Shown one piece after another: positions 44,389-54,167 of a stretch of 64,000 nucleotides of DNA (the stretch's first letter is position 1; each line of letters begins with the position of its first letter). This stretch comes from Candidatus Woesebacteria bacterium (GTDB lineage Bacteria > Patescibacteriota > Microgenomatia > UBA8517), in the NCBI GenBank assembly GCA_016432365.1, contig CP066686.1, positions 128,355-192,354 of the forward strand. Direction: 5' to 3'. The position numbers and the translations under genes were made by a program. Under the pieces are notes generated by a model, which was not told the origin of the DNA, made no database searches, and saw nothing but the letters and a program-made list of their open reading frames with translations.

Positions 44389-46101
44389 ATGAAAAAACTG
44401 CTCTTAATTCTTCTTTCTTCATTCTTAATTATTAATTCTTTATTGTTTCCTTTTGCTGTAAATGCTCAACGCGGGGGACCACCCCCCACTCCAGCGCCCT
44501 CTGCCGCCCCATCAACTGCTCCAACCTGGTACAACCAAAGCTTTAAAGATTGGCAAACAAAAGTTTTTGATACCAAAAACCCAAGCGATATTTTTGGAGA
44601 ACGGTATACTGCAGCTCAGGTGCAATGGGTCATTTACAGTTTGTGGTCTTTCATAATTTATGCACCTTCCCAAGGAAATTCGGAAACCCAGGCCGTCATT
44701 ACTTGTCTCTTTGCTTCCACAGTAGACGTAACCGGATGTATGGACGCTTTTGCCAAAGCTATAGCAGAAAACCCAAGACCTCCTAGCGTTGCGCAAAAAA
44801 CAGATAACGAAAACATTTTTCAACTTGTCTTTGCATCCGACAGACCACTCTCCGGAATCTCTTTCGTAAAAGAGAAGGTTCAGAATTTTAGTCTTGTGCC
44901 CAGTGCACACGCCCAAACCGTCGGCTTCGGTTTTGGTGCTTTGTCCCCAATTCAAGGTGCCTGGAAGGCAATTAGAGACATCTCTTTTGGAATGTTTGTG
45001 CTTGTAGCTATAGTTTTCGCTTTTATGATAATGTTCCGGGTAAAACTTTCCCCACAGACTGTAATTTCTGTACAATCCGCTCTACCCAAAATTATAATCG
45101 CCTTAGTTTTGGTGACATTCTCGTATGCGATTGCCGGATTTTTGGTAGATTTAATGTATGTCGTGATTGGCTTAATTAGCTTTGCTGCCACTAGTATATA
45201 TGCATCAACACTTGGTGTCCCACTCGCAAACCTCGATTCTTCTTTTTATTTCAAACTCATGACCTTGGGCCAGACTTCCGGCATACCTGTAAATTTATCT
45301 GTTTTCGGGCTCTCTGCAGTTTTATGTTTTATTTTTATACTACCATTCATGATTCTTCTGATAATAATCGGGGCAATAATTATGGCGGCCTTTCCTCCAT
45401 CTATACCGGTGGTTTTATTTATACTAGTCGTTGCTATTGTAATAGTCTTTATAGTTTTCATTTGGAACGTTCTTAAAACCGTCTGGGCCCTTGTTAAGGC
45501 GTTTGTAAACATACTTTTGCTTACAATTTTTGCTCCAATTCAAATTGTCGCGGGAGTGCTTATTCCAAGCCTTGGTTTTGGTCAATGGATAAAAAGTTAT
45601 GTTTCAAACTTGGCTGTTTTTGTAGTCACGGGTACGCTGTTTTTATTTTCTATACTGTTTATTGTTTTAGGCATCGTAATAGGATTCCAAGATTTCGGTG
45701 CAGCTACCGCGACCATTATTGCGTTTTTTGTGAGCCCAGTTTTGGGTACTCAGGTATTTAATGCTGCTTTCCCTGTTAGTTACGCTGCTTGGCCGCCACT
45801 TTTGGGCATGGGGTCGAGTGCAGCTGTCGGACTTCTTTTCCTGGGTGTAAGTTTTGTATTATTTACCCTAACACCAAAGGCAACTGAAATAATTCAAGGA
45901 CTAATGAGCGGCAAGCCCTTTGCATACGGAACTGCTGTTGGTGAAGCTATGGCGCCCGTAGGATTAGCTTATGGGCAAACGGCCGGACCAGTCCTTGAAG
46001 CTTACAGGAGAGCCAATCTTGAAGAGATGGTAAGGACACGTCAGAAAGATATAACGGATCTGGTTGGGAAAATTATCCCCAAGAAAGCAGCCGGAAAATA
46101 A
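44389..46101 (+). CDS. polytopic membrane protein (signal peptide + periplasmic domain + ~8 TM), VirB6/TrbL-like candidate
   Basis: Topology only; no sequence-level proof. Confidence 0.45.
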   Translation: MKKLLLILLSSFLIINSLLFPFAVNAQRGGPPPTPAPSAAPSTAPTWYNQSFKDWQTKVFDTKNPSDIFGERYTAAQVQWVIYSLWSFIIYAPSQGNSETQAVITCLFASTVDVTGCMDAFAKAIAENPRPPSVAQKTDNENIFQLVFASDRPLSGISFVKEKVQNFSLVPSAHAQTVGFGFGALSPIQGAWKAIRDISFGMFVLVAIVFAFMIMFRVKLSPQTVISVQSALPKIIIALVLVTFSYAIAGFLVDLMYVVIGLISFAATSIYASTLGVPLANLDSSFYFKLMTLGQTSGIPVNLSVFGLSAVLCFIFILPFMILLIIIGAIIMAAFPPSIPVVLFILVVAIVIVFIVFIWNVLKTVWALVKAFVNILLLTIFAPIQIVAGVLIPSLGFGQWIKSYVSNLAVFVVTGTLFLFSILFIVLGIVIGFQDFGAATATIIAFFVSPVLGTQVFNAAFPVSYAAWPPLLGMGSSAAVGLLFLGVSFVLFTLTPKATEIIQGLMSGKPFAYGTAVGEAMAPVGLAYGQTAGPVLEAYRRANLEEMVRTRQKDITDLVGKIIPKKAAGK

Positions 46102-46103
46102 TA

Positions 46104-48449
46104 TTAAATTTGAGTTTTACCTATTACCCTCCCCGCAGGAAGTTTCTTGTCAATCCTTGCTTGTGAGCTTGCTCGAATAGCGGCAACCCCCTTCCACTCT
46201 ATTCCCAATCTTTCCAGCCTTGCTAAGTCATCAATGTAGTGATCTATGACTCCTTGTTCGTCTTTTGGATTTTCTCTCATGGCTTCATCTGCAAAAAGTT
46301 CATTTAATATTGCGTTCGGTACCTCAAAAAATGGTTTACCTGTACCACGGTTAAATATAAGTGTTGTTTTCGGTATAATACCAACCATATAGTCGTAACT
46401 TACCGTTCTCGCGTCCTGGAGGGCTCTGAAGTATCTCTTTTTGATCGTCTCTATGCTTTTTGTTGTAACCATGCGGGTGTTAAATTTGACAGACCCCTCG
46501 GCTGTTAGATCGTACGTCTTCACTTCTTCCTTTGTTTCAACTCCTAAATCGTATAAATCCCTCGACCCTTTAGTTAAAACGATAGGATTCATAACAATGT
46601 CGATATACTTCCACCTTTTCTTTTGAGGATTTAGCTTAAAATCTTCAGGCTTAAGATCGTCAATATTAAGTGCATCTATAAGCACACCCGTCGGGCCTCT
46701 TTCATTTCCCATCAACCACTGCATGATCGAGAATGTCGCGTGAAATTCACGCTCCAATGAGTTGAAGTTGAGATCCCCTAGCCTGGTATAGCCCTGGCCT
46801 TCCGTAATTTTAGTTGCATCTTGGGTGGGTTTTCCTGTAAGTATGTCTATCTTTCTTTTGCCACCTGGGGCACCAAGCCACGCATCCCAAATAGACTTTT
46901 GTACCTTTTTTTCTTTGCCATCTTTATCTTTTACAACCGTTCCGTCACTTCGTTTTTGTACAACTTCAACTTGTGCCCAATCGAACAAATTCATCGCCAT
47001 GTCAGGGATTTTACCAATCATGTCCTTCAACCCCGAAGTTCTACCCTTCAGCCCCTCCTTCATGTTGAACATATATACATGAAACTTTCCAGTATCGTCC
47101 CCTGATATAAATCTACCCTCTCCCAGAGGTAACAATGTCTTTCCGTTAGATAAAGCAACATAACCTTCAGAAGCGTAAGTACCCGTGGCTCTCATGATCG
47201 CACAGGCAAGCCAAGCGGCCTGTACACTTTCTTCTCCACCTATAATATCCCCCATTGTTTTCTCAATAAATTCTTTTTCCTTTTCCTCGCTGAATTCCGA
47301 AGGGTTACCGCCCCAAGCGGCAATGTTGGCATACTTCGTCAGTTCTCCCCTTCCACCTTCCATGCCCAATTTCCCCTTTTCTGCTTCGATTCTCCATGTC
47401 GCTTTCATATCATCACCTTTTGCATCTTTATAGTCGGTTAACTCTCTAAGGCTGTCATCCACCCAGTACTTTACATCCCCTATATATTTCTTCGTCCATA
47501 CGTCATCGGTCATTCCCTGCCTTTCGGCAAATCGGTGAATCAAGCCTTGTGCCCCGGGTCTTTCGAGAAATTCCTCCATTTTTTGCTTGCTACCAGAATT
47601 TAACATTACAAGATTTAAGAACAACCCTTCTTCAACTTTATCCCCGAGTAGATGGTTTTCTTTTTCAGGATTTTTACCCATCTCTTCAAGAGAGGATAGG
47701 TTGAAAAGTGTATGCAAATGTATAGGTTTTAATTTAGGCATTCTGCCACCGTGAAGATATTGAACCATTGTTTCCAATGAATCGCGTATATCAATACTTA
47801 GCCTTAATCCAAGCTGTTCGCCAACAATATCCCGGGCTGAAAGTTCATTAGCAGCCTCGTTGTAAGCTTCTGCAAGTGCCGCCCTTTCTTTGGAATAATA
47901 CTTAACATCTTTACCCTCTGGATCCTTTGCAATAAATGTGACAACGTCTTTACCATCCGGCCCTTTTATTGTTTGAGTTTCCGCTTTTCCAAAAAAATAA
48001 TGGATCACTCGCCCGGTAGGGCGACCTTTCTGATCTTTGGTTTCTTCAATCTCTTTTTTTAAAGCTAAAGCCGCAAAACGATCGTCTTTTAATTCAGCCT
48101 CTCCTGTTGTCGGATTATAGGTATCTTTTTTGATCCACCCTTTTTTAATAAGATCGTCTATCGAAAGTCTCAACATCTCCCTTCGCTCATACATAGCAGA
48201 AAGATGTCTTGGGGGGGAGTATCTTTCTTGTAGGTTGGGTGGAATAAAAGCTTCTTCCATTTGCTTTTCGAGAAGTCTCAACCCAATATAAAGTTCTTCT
48301 GGGTTTTCTGCGCCGCTGATTAACTCATCACTTAAGGACTCCTTTCTATTGTATTTTTGTGCCTCAGCCTCAGCCGCGGCTCTTTGAGCATCTCCTGGTT
48401 CTGCGGGTTCTTGATTCTGGTTGGCTCCTGGTGGTAAAAGTTCTGCCAT
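46104..48449 (-). CDS. large hypothetical soluble protein (~780 aa)
   Basis: Start trimmed to MAELLPPG; no motif recognised. Confidence 0.5.
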   Translation of the reverse strand: MAELLPPGANQNQEPAEPGDAQRAAAEAEAQKYNRKESLSDELISGAENPEELYIGLRLLEKQMEEAFIPPNLQERYSPPRHLSAMYERREMLRLSIDDLIKKGWIKKDTYNPTTGEAELKDDRFAALALKKEIEETKDQKGRPTGRVIHYFFGKAETQTIKGPDGKDVVTFIAKDPEGKDVKYYSKERAALAEAYNEAANELSARDIVGEQLGLRLSIDIRDSLETMVQYLHGGRMPKLKPIHLHTLFNLSSLEEMGKNPEKENHLLGDKVEEGLFLNLVMLNSGSKQKMEEFLERPGAQGLIHRFAERQGMTDDVWTKKYIGDVKYWVDDSLRELTDYKDAKGDDMKATWRIEAEKGKLGMEGGRGELTKYANIAAWGGNPSEFSEEKEKEFIEKTMGDIIGGEESVQAAWLACAIMRATGTYASEGYVALSNGKTLLPLGEGRFISGDDTGKFHVYMFNMKEGLKGRTSGLKDMIGKIPDMAMNLFDWAQVEVVQKRSDGTVVKDKDGKEKKVQKSIWDAWLGAPGGKRKIDILTGKPTQDATKITEGQGYTRLGDLNFNSLEREFHATFSIMQWLMGNERGPTGVLIDALNIDDLKPEDFKLNPQKKRWKYIDIVMNPIVLTKGSRDLYDLGVETKEEVKTYDLTAEGSVKFNTRMVTTKSIETIKKRYFRALQDARTVSYDYMVGIIPKTTLIFNRGTGKPFFEVPNAILNELFADEAMRENPKDEQGVIDHYIDDLARLERLGIEWKGVAAIRASSQARIDKKLPAGRVIGKTQI

Positions 48450-48578
48450 GCCCAAATTGTAGCATATTGACCAGTACTCAGTACAGAGCACGCAGTTGTC
48501 AGAGTATAAGACTGACAGGGTGCTAAAAATTCACTTCTCTTGACACCTCTTCTAAGCAGGTATACACTCGCGGGCAAG

Positions 48579-49235
48579 ATGTCTAGAGAGAATGACAAGA
48601 ATATTTTTAATCAAATACTTAAGGCGGAAGAGAAAGCGCTTTCCCCCAAACGAGACCCTCTTTGGGAAGCACACTTGCGGTTTCTGGGGGCACACGAAAT
48701 ACAACTTAAGGCTGCCGAACAGATTTTTTTAGAAACCGAACCAACAGCCTCGTTAATAAACGCCATCGAGCTGACGGCAGACGCAGTCAAAACAAAAGAA
48801 TGGTTTGCCGAGCCTGCCCCATATTTTCTCGATTCAACAAAAAGAGAGCTCAAAAAAACGCTTGTATTTGATATTGAAATTTTAGACCACCACGGTGATG
48901 GAATCAATTTGCAATGGGAGAAAGAGGCGAAATTTGCGCTTGAGGTCGAAAACGGAAAAGAATTGTCAAAATTGTTAAGGGGTTTCAAATTATCATATGA
49001 TTATCACGGTGCTGATGATATTTCGATAAGGATTGCCGCAACAAAAGACGACAGTGGAAACATTTCTGCAATACAATGGGGGTTAGGTAGAACAAATGGA
49101 AATCTAGAAATCAAAAATTCAGACGTAACCCCACTTCTGGAATTGTTTGCAAAGGGTGTTGCTCAAAAAAAACACATTTACCACAGCTCGGTCAGCAATG
49201 GAGGTGGAGATTGGGATCATTGGAGTATTAATTGA
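48579..49235 (+). CDS. hypothetical protein
   Basis: ORF only; start taken at MSRENDK. Confidence 0.4.
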   Translation: MSRENDKNIFNQILKAEEKALSPKRDPLWEAHLRFLGAHEIQLKAAEQIFLETEPTASLINAIELTADAVKTKEWFAEPAPYFLDSTKRELKKTLVFDIEILDHHGDGINLQWEKEAKFALEVENGKELSKLLRGFKLSYDYHGADDISIRIAATKDDSGNISAIQWGLGRTNGNLEIKNSDVTPLLELFAKGVAQKKHIYHSSVSNGGGDWDHWSIN

Positions 49236-49468
49236 CAATCTCAAAATATTGAAACACCTACTGTAAAAACCCTTCATCTTTCACCGCACAATTTGACACT
49301 TGGCGACCCAGAACCTACAATTCCAGCCAGTTACGAATGTTTCGTAGCTGGTGAGTTTTTTGCACCTTTGAAAACAAGTACAGAGTACTAAGTACTGCGT
49401 ACTTAGTATGAAGTACATAAAAATTTAGCCAGGAGGCTTAAATGTAAGTTTTTGAATATGCTAACGTC

Positions 49469-49801
49469 GTGTTGGATTTTTTAGCTGAACAAGATCCTGT
49501 TGAAAGTGACGGCATTATAACAAAGCAGACCGCTGTTTGGGTTAAAACATATGATAGCGCTGGCAAAGCCACAAGAACCGTGAGAAAAACCGGTGATCAT
49601 TTTATTAAAGAGTCATTCGAAGTTGGAAGGGGTACATACCGCCGATTCGCATGGACAGATCCCGATTATCCTGTGGAGGCGTTAACCCCCATCTTTGCAG
49701 AAATGGGTGCAGAGGGATGGGAAGTCGTAGACTTTAAATTCGCATCGGGCCTTGATTCGTTTGCCAACGCCCTGCTCAAACGAAAGGTTCAAAAAGAATA
49801 A
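49469..49801 (+). CDS. small hypothetical protein (DUF4177-like, EGWEVV motif)
   Basis: C-terminal AEMGAEGWEVVDFKF resembles the DUF4177 signature. Confidence 0.35.
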   Translation: MLDFLAEQDPVESDGIITKQTAVWVKTYDSAGKATRTVRKTGDHFIKESFEVGRGTYRRFAWTDPDYPVEALTPIFAEMGAEGWEVVDFKFASGLDSFANALLKRKVQKE

Positions 49802-49803
49802 CA

Positions 49804-49853
49804 CACCCCTCCGGATCTGGAAATCAATTTTTTCCATCCGGAGGTGTTTTTCT
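49804..49853 (+). terminator. rho-independent terminator
   Basis: CACCCCTCCGGAT…ATCCGGAGGTG hairpin followed by TTTTTCT. Confidence 0.5.
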
Positions 49854-49858
49854 GGAAA

Positions 49859-50383
49859 CTACTTTATCTGAAAGGCAAAAAGGATAAAACTCAGAAGAAA
49901 ACCTACAATAAGAAGGTTTTTGGACAAGTTAAATAATTTTCTTTTTGGCAAATAGGAAAATTTTGACAGGTTGTATATTTCAAGGGCGTACTGCTCCACA
50001 GTCTTTTCTTTATCCGCAAGCATCGTTTTTATTGCTTCATAATAATCCTCCTGGAATTTATAACCCGCAATTCCGTGGGTATAAAGTTTACTGTCTTTCT
50101 GTCCCCTTTTATCCAAAAACCCGGGTGGGTTCAGTGCCAAAAGTCCTGTGACGGCGGACAAAGAAGAAAAAAGCGCAAGGACTAAAAGGTAATAGTGAAT
50201 TGTGGGCCCGCCGGATATGTACCCGGTCGCCGAAAATGCAAAAAGTGCAGAACCTAAAATTACAAGGTTATTTACTTGAATATCTATGTGTTCCGTATTG
50301 CCGTTTATTTTGTGAAGAACCTCATTAAGTACAAATACGTCATCTATCTCCTCTTTTAATTCTTTTATTATGTCCTGCGCCAT
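49859..50383 (-). CDS. membrane protein, hypothetical
   Basis: Three to four TM helices. Confidence 0.4.
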   Translation of the reverse strand: MAQDIIKELKEEIDDVFVLNEVLHKINGNTEHIDIQVNNLVILGSALFAFSATGYISGGPTIHYYLLVLALFSSLSAVTGLLALNPPGFLDKRGQKDSKLYTHGIAGYKFQEDYYEAIKTMLADKEKTVEQYALEIYNLSKFSYLPKRKLFNLSKNLLIVGFLLSFILFAFQIK

Positions 50384-50515
50384 TTAAAAAATTTTATCAT
50401 AAAAGCCGGATCGACAATAAATCTTTTCGCTCAAAGTTCATTGTGTGAAAAGACATTCATCTTGCACAAGTCGCTTCACGAGCTACGCTATAGAGAGTAG
50501 AACTGCATACCTGCC

Positions 50516-51580
50516 ATGGAACAACACGCGATACCTCAAAACATAAGTTCGTACCAATTCAGGCTGGTTGGGGACATGACCCTTAAACAATTCTTCCAAC
50601 TTGCAGGAGGACTTTTGGTAGCTCTTATCTTTTATTCGGCCCCACTTGTGGGGATAATTAAATGGCCTTTTGTAATTATCTCCGCAATCTTAGGTGTTGC
50701 TTTGGCGTTCCTCCCTCTTGAAGAACGCCCTCTGGAAAAGTGGATTTTTGCATTTTTTAGGGCAATTTATGCTCCTACGGAGTTCTTTTGGAAAAAAATA
50801 ACCATTCCTCCTAAAATATTCCAGGACGAGCCGGCTGTTCCTGTTGCTACCCCCGGGCCCCAACAGCAAGCCGTCGAACAGTATTTAGCCTCTCCTGGAC
50901 AAAAAACAGAGCCCACCAACAAACTTGAAAATGCAGAAAAAGGGTTTTTTGCAACCTTGATGGGGATTGCTTCCGGCCTTGTTTCCCCGACAAAAACTCC
51001 CGCAGTTGTCCCTGTCCCACAGCAACCTGAGCCTGTAGCTAAAACCGAAATGGCCATCCCCCAAAACATACCGGTTAAAGTTCCTGCTCAGATGCCGCAT
51101 CTTGTTGTAGAAGAAAAGCGTCAGGAACCGGTTTACACCTCCCCTCAAATATCAGCAACGCAAGTAAACCCGAGTATTGTGGGAAATGAGATGGTTTCAA
51201 CAACCGCAGCCATTTTCTCGGTAGACGCGGCTCCCCCCAACCCCCCAACATATCCAAATGTGGTAGTAGGGCAAGTGGTGGATGCTGAAAGAAAAATAAT
51301 AGAAGGAGCCATTATGGAAATAAGAGACTCTTCCGGGCGCCCGGTACGTGCCTTAAGAAGTAACAAGGTGGGGCATTTTATTACCATTACTCCCCTGGAA
51401 AACGGAAAATATCAAATTGTCACTGAAAAAGAAGATCATGAATTTACTCCCGTGTCATTTGAGGCGGTAGGGCAAATCATTCCACCGATTTTGGTTCAGG
51501 GAAGAAGAATTGTTCAAGAAGTAATGCCAACAGCAGCTATTCCAACCCAAACTCAAGCTAACGTTCCTGCAATGCAATAA
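50516..51580 (+). CDS. PrgI/VirB3-like two-TM protein with Pro-rich linker and C-terminal carboxypeptidase-regulatory-like beta domain
   Basis: N-terminus FRLVGDMTLKQFFQLAGGLLVALIFYSAPL…FLPLEERPLEKWIFAFF (two TM, PrgI-like); C-terminus GQVVDAERKIIEGAIMEIRDSSGRPVRALRSNKVGHFIT…GKYQIV. Confidence 0.4.
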   Translation: MEQHAIPQNISSYQFRLVGDMTLKQFFQLAGGLLVALIFYSAPLVGIIKWPFVIISAILGVALAFLPLEERPLEKWIFAFFRAIYAPTEFFWKKITIPPKIFQDEPAVPVATPGPQQQAVEQYLASPGQKTEPTNKLENAEKGFFATLMGIASGLVSPTKTPAVVPVPQQPEPVAKTEMAIPQNIPVKVPAQMPHLVVEEKRQEPVYTSPQISATQVNPSIVGNEMVSTTAAIFSVDAAPPNPPTYPNVVVGQVVDAERKIIEGAIMEIRDSSGRPVRALRSNKVGHFITITPLENGKYQIVTEKEDHEFTPVSFEAVGQIIPPILVQGRRIVQEVMPTAAIPTQTQANVPAMQ

Positions 51581-51582
51581 TC

Positions 51583-52269
51583 ATGATTAATTTACCCAAA
51601 ATTCCATATTTGTCGGTTCCCGATAAGCCTATTTTGTCCACAACTCAGGAACATTTGCCCATAGCCGATGTAACTAACGATGTGGTTATTTACAAAGACG
51701 GCGGCGCCGCACTTGTAATGGAATCGACATCCCTTAACTTCGGACTTTTGAGCGAAAAAGAGCAGGCTGCCGTAATTACCGCCTACGCTGCCATGATTAA
51801 CTCACTTTCTTTTTCGGTACAGATTGTTGTTAGGACTCAAAGAAAAGACATCAGTAGTTACATAAGCTTTCTGGATGAACAGGCTGCCAAAATAACACAC
51901 CCGCTTCTTGCACGTCTTATGCGTGAATACAAAGGGTTTATACTCGACTCGGTTAAAAAGAAGAACGTTTTGGGAAAAAGATTTTTTGTTGTGCTTTACC
52001 TGTCCCCTCTTGAACTGGGGGTTGGTAAATCGATAGCATCCTTAACCAAACGCGGGGTTACACTTCCTTTCCCAAAATCGTATGTTATTAAAAAAGCAAA
52101 GATTACTTTGTATCCAAGACGTGACCACTTGATCCGCCAGGCCGGAAGACTCGGTATAAAGTTCAGGCAATTAACAACCGCGGAACTAATAGACCTATAT
52201 TTTACAGTTTACAATCCCGAAAAACCTGCCGTTAAGAAAGAGCCGGAAGTGATACTAGAGCACAAGTAA
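51583..52269 (+). CDS. VirB4/TraC N-terminal-domain-like protein (split VirB4?)
   Basis: LPIADVTNDVVIYKDGGAALVMESTSLNFGLLSEKEQAAVITAYAAMINSLSFSVQIVV resembles the N-domain of VirB4/TraC-type ATPases; the ATPase gene follows directly. Confidence 0.35.
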   Translation: MINLPKIPYLSVPDKPILSTTQEHLPIADVTNDVVIYKDGGAALVMESTSLNFGLLSEKEQAAVITAYAAMINSLSFSVQIVVRTQRKDISSYISFLDEQAAKITHPLLARLMREYKGFILDSVKKKNVLGKRFFVVLYLSPLELGVGKSIASLTKRGVTLPFPKSYVIKKAKITLYPRRDHLIRQAGRLGIKFRQLTTAELIDLYFTVYNPEKPAVKKEPEVILEHK

Positions 52270-52309
52270 TTAAGAGTTAAGAATTTAAAATTCAGAATTT
52301 TAGAAAAAA

Positions 52310-54163
52310 ATGAATAAAGATCAAACAAACACAAATACGACACCTATAGCACCACCAATACAACCTGCAGTTTCCGGGCAACAACAACCGCCCCAGCAGG
52401 AGCTTAAGCCAAAGTTGGTCAGTCCAAATATTGCAATATCTCAAGGACTTACCGTCTTTGATGCTATTGCACCACAAAATATCGAGGTTGATTTTGATTA
52501 TTTCAAAATAAACGATGTTTATTTTAGAACCATATTCGTGGGTGGCTACCCAAGATTTGTTGCCCCGGGTTGGCTTGAACCTGTGGTTAATTTTGATTCA
52601 AGTTTGGATATTTCTTTTTATGTCTACCCTGTTGACGGAAAATCGGTCCTGGATGACTTGAGAAGAAAGATCGCTGAAATGGAGGCGGAAATTTCTACCG
52701 ACATAGAACGCGGAAGAATCGTAGATCCTTCAACACAGGCCAAACTCGAAGACGCCCGAGCACTACAGGAACAACTTGTAAAAGGAATTGAAAGGTTTTA
52801 CGAATTCAGTTTTTATATAACTATTCCTGCAAGCTCTGTAGAAGAATTAAATCACGTAACCAAACAGATTGAATCCCAACTTGGATCGCTCTTAATTGTA
52901 AGTAAACACGCGCTTCTGGATCAGGAAGCCGGATTTTTATCCACCGCTCCGTTTGGAATGGACAGATTGAATGTTACAAGGAATATGGATACCACCAGTG
53001 TGGCTACAACTTTCCCACTTACCTCATCCGAACTTTCAAGTGATCGTGGAGTTTTGTATGGCATCAATTCTCAAAATGAATCTTTTATCATTTTCGACAG
53101 ATTCTCTCTTCAAAACAGTAATATGGTAATCTTTGCTACCTCCGGAGCCGGAAAGTCATACTTTGTTAAACTTGAAGCCCTTCGCTCTCTTATGACCGGC
53201 ACCGAGGCAATTATTATAGACCCCGAAAGTGAATATAAAACACTGGCTGATGCGGTAGGAGGAGAATATATATCCTTCTCTTTCAACGCTCCCGCCAAAA
53301 TTAATCCGTTTGACTTAGCCCAAATCCGCGAAGAAGGAGAAAACCAATTGGGAATTAAAATTCTTTCGCTTCATTCCCTAATGAAAGTAATTATGGGTGT
53401 TATTACCCCAACACAGGAGGCAATGCTCGACCGCGCACTGATAATGACCTATCGCAACAAAGGAATTACTATGGACCCGGACACACAAGGCAAAGAACCA
53501 CCCCTTATGGAGGATTTGTACAAAACCTTAATCGGAATGGAAGTCCCCGACGCTCTAGACCTTGCAGCCCGCATTGAAAAATTTGTAAGAGGGTCCTTTG
53601 TCGGAATTTTCGATAAACAAACAAATATTAATATCACCAATCCTTTTACAGTTTTCTCGGTTAAAGATTTGCAGGAAACTCTTAGACCAATCGCTATGTT
53701 TATTATTCTTGATTACATTTGGACAAGGGTCAAAAAAGACATCAAGAAACGCATCTTAATCGTAGATGAGGCCTGGCACATGATGAAATACCCTGATACT
53801 GCCCAATTCCTTTGGAGTGTCGTTAAAAGGGCACGTAAATACTATTTAGGCTTAACAACAATTACTCAGGATGTAGAAGACTTTTTGGGACAAGACATCG
53901 GTAAAGCTATTGTTACAAACAGCGCTCTACAGGTTCTTTTGAAACAGTCTCCTGCGGCAATAGATAAAATTGGTGAAGTTTTTTATCTTTCCCAAGGAGA
54001 AAAGAATTTGCTTCTTGCTGCAAATGTGGGAGAGGGAATATTTTTTGCAGGACCTCACCATGCCCCAATTCGTGTTGTGGCTTCAACTGAAGAGGATAAG
54101 TTAATCACAACCAAACCTCTTGAGGTTGCAAAAATAAACCCAAATGCATATGAAGCAAAATAA
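52310..54163 (+). CDS. VirB4/TraC/TrbE-family type IV secretion ATPase
   Basis: Walker A FATSGAGKSYFVK, DPESEY motif, Walker B ILIVDEAWHMM. Confidence 0.8.
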   Translation: MNKDQTNTNTTPIAPPIQPAVSGQQQPPQQELKPKLVSPNIAISQGLTVFDAIAPQNIEVDFDYFKINDVYFRTIFVGGYPRFVAPGWLEPVVNFDSSLDISFYVYPVDGKSVLDDLRRKIAEMEAEISTDIERGRIVDPSTQAKLEDARALQEQLVKGIERFYEFSFYITIPASSVEELNHVTKQIESQLGSLLIVSKHALLDQEAGFLSTAPFGMDRLNVTRNMDTTSVATTFPLTSSELSSDRGVLYGINSQNESFIIFDRFSLQNSNMVIFATSGAGKSYFVKLEALRSLMTGTEAIIIDPESEYKTLADAVGGEYISFSFNAPAKINPFDLAQIREEGENQLGIKILSLHSLMKVIMGVITPTQEAMLDRALIMTYRNKGITMDPDTQGKEPPLMEDLYKTLIGMEVPDALDLAARIEKFVRGSFVGIFDKQTNINITNPFTVFSVKDLQETLRPIAMFIILDYIWTRVKKDIKKRILIVDEAWHMMKYPDTAQFLWSVVKRARKYYLGLTTITQDVEDFLGQDIGKAIVTNSALQVLLKQSPAAIDKIGEVFYLSQGEKNLLLAANVGEGIFFAGPHHAPIRVVASTEEDKLITTKPLEVAKINPNAYEAK

Positions 54164-54167
54164 TTAA

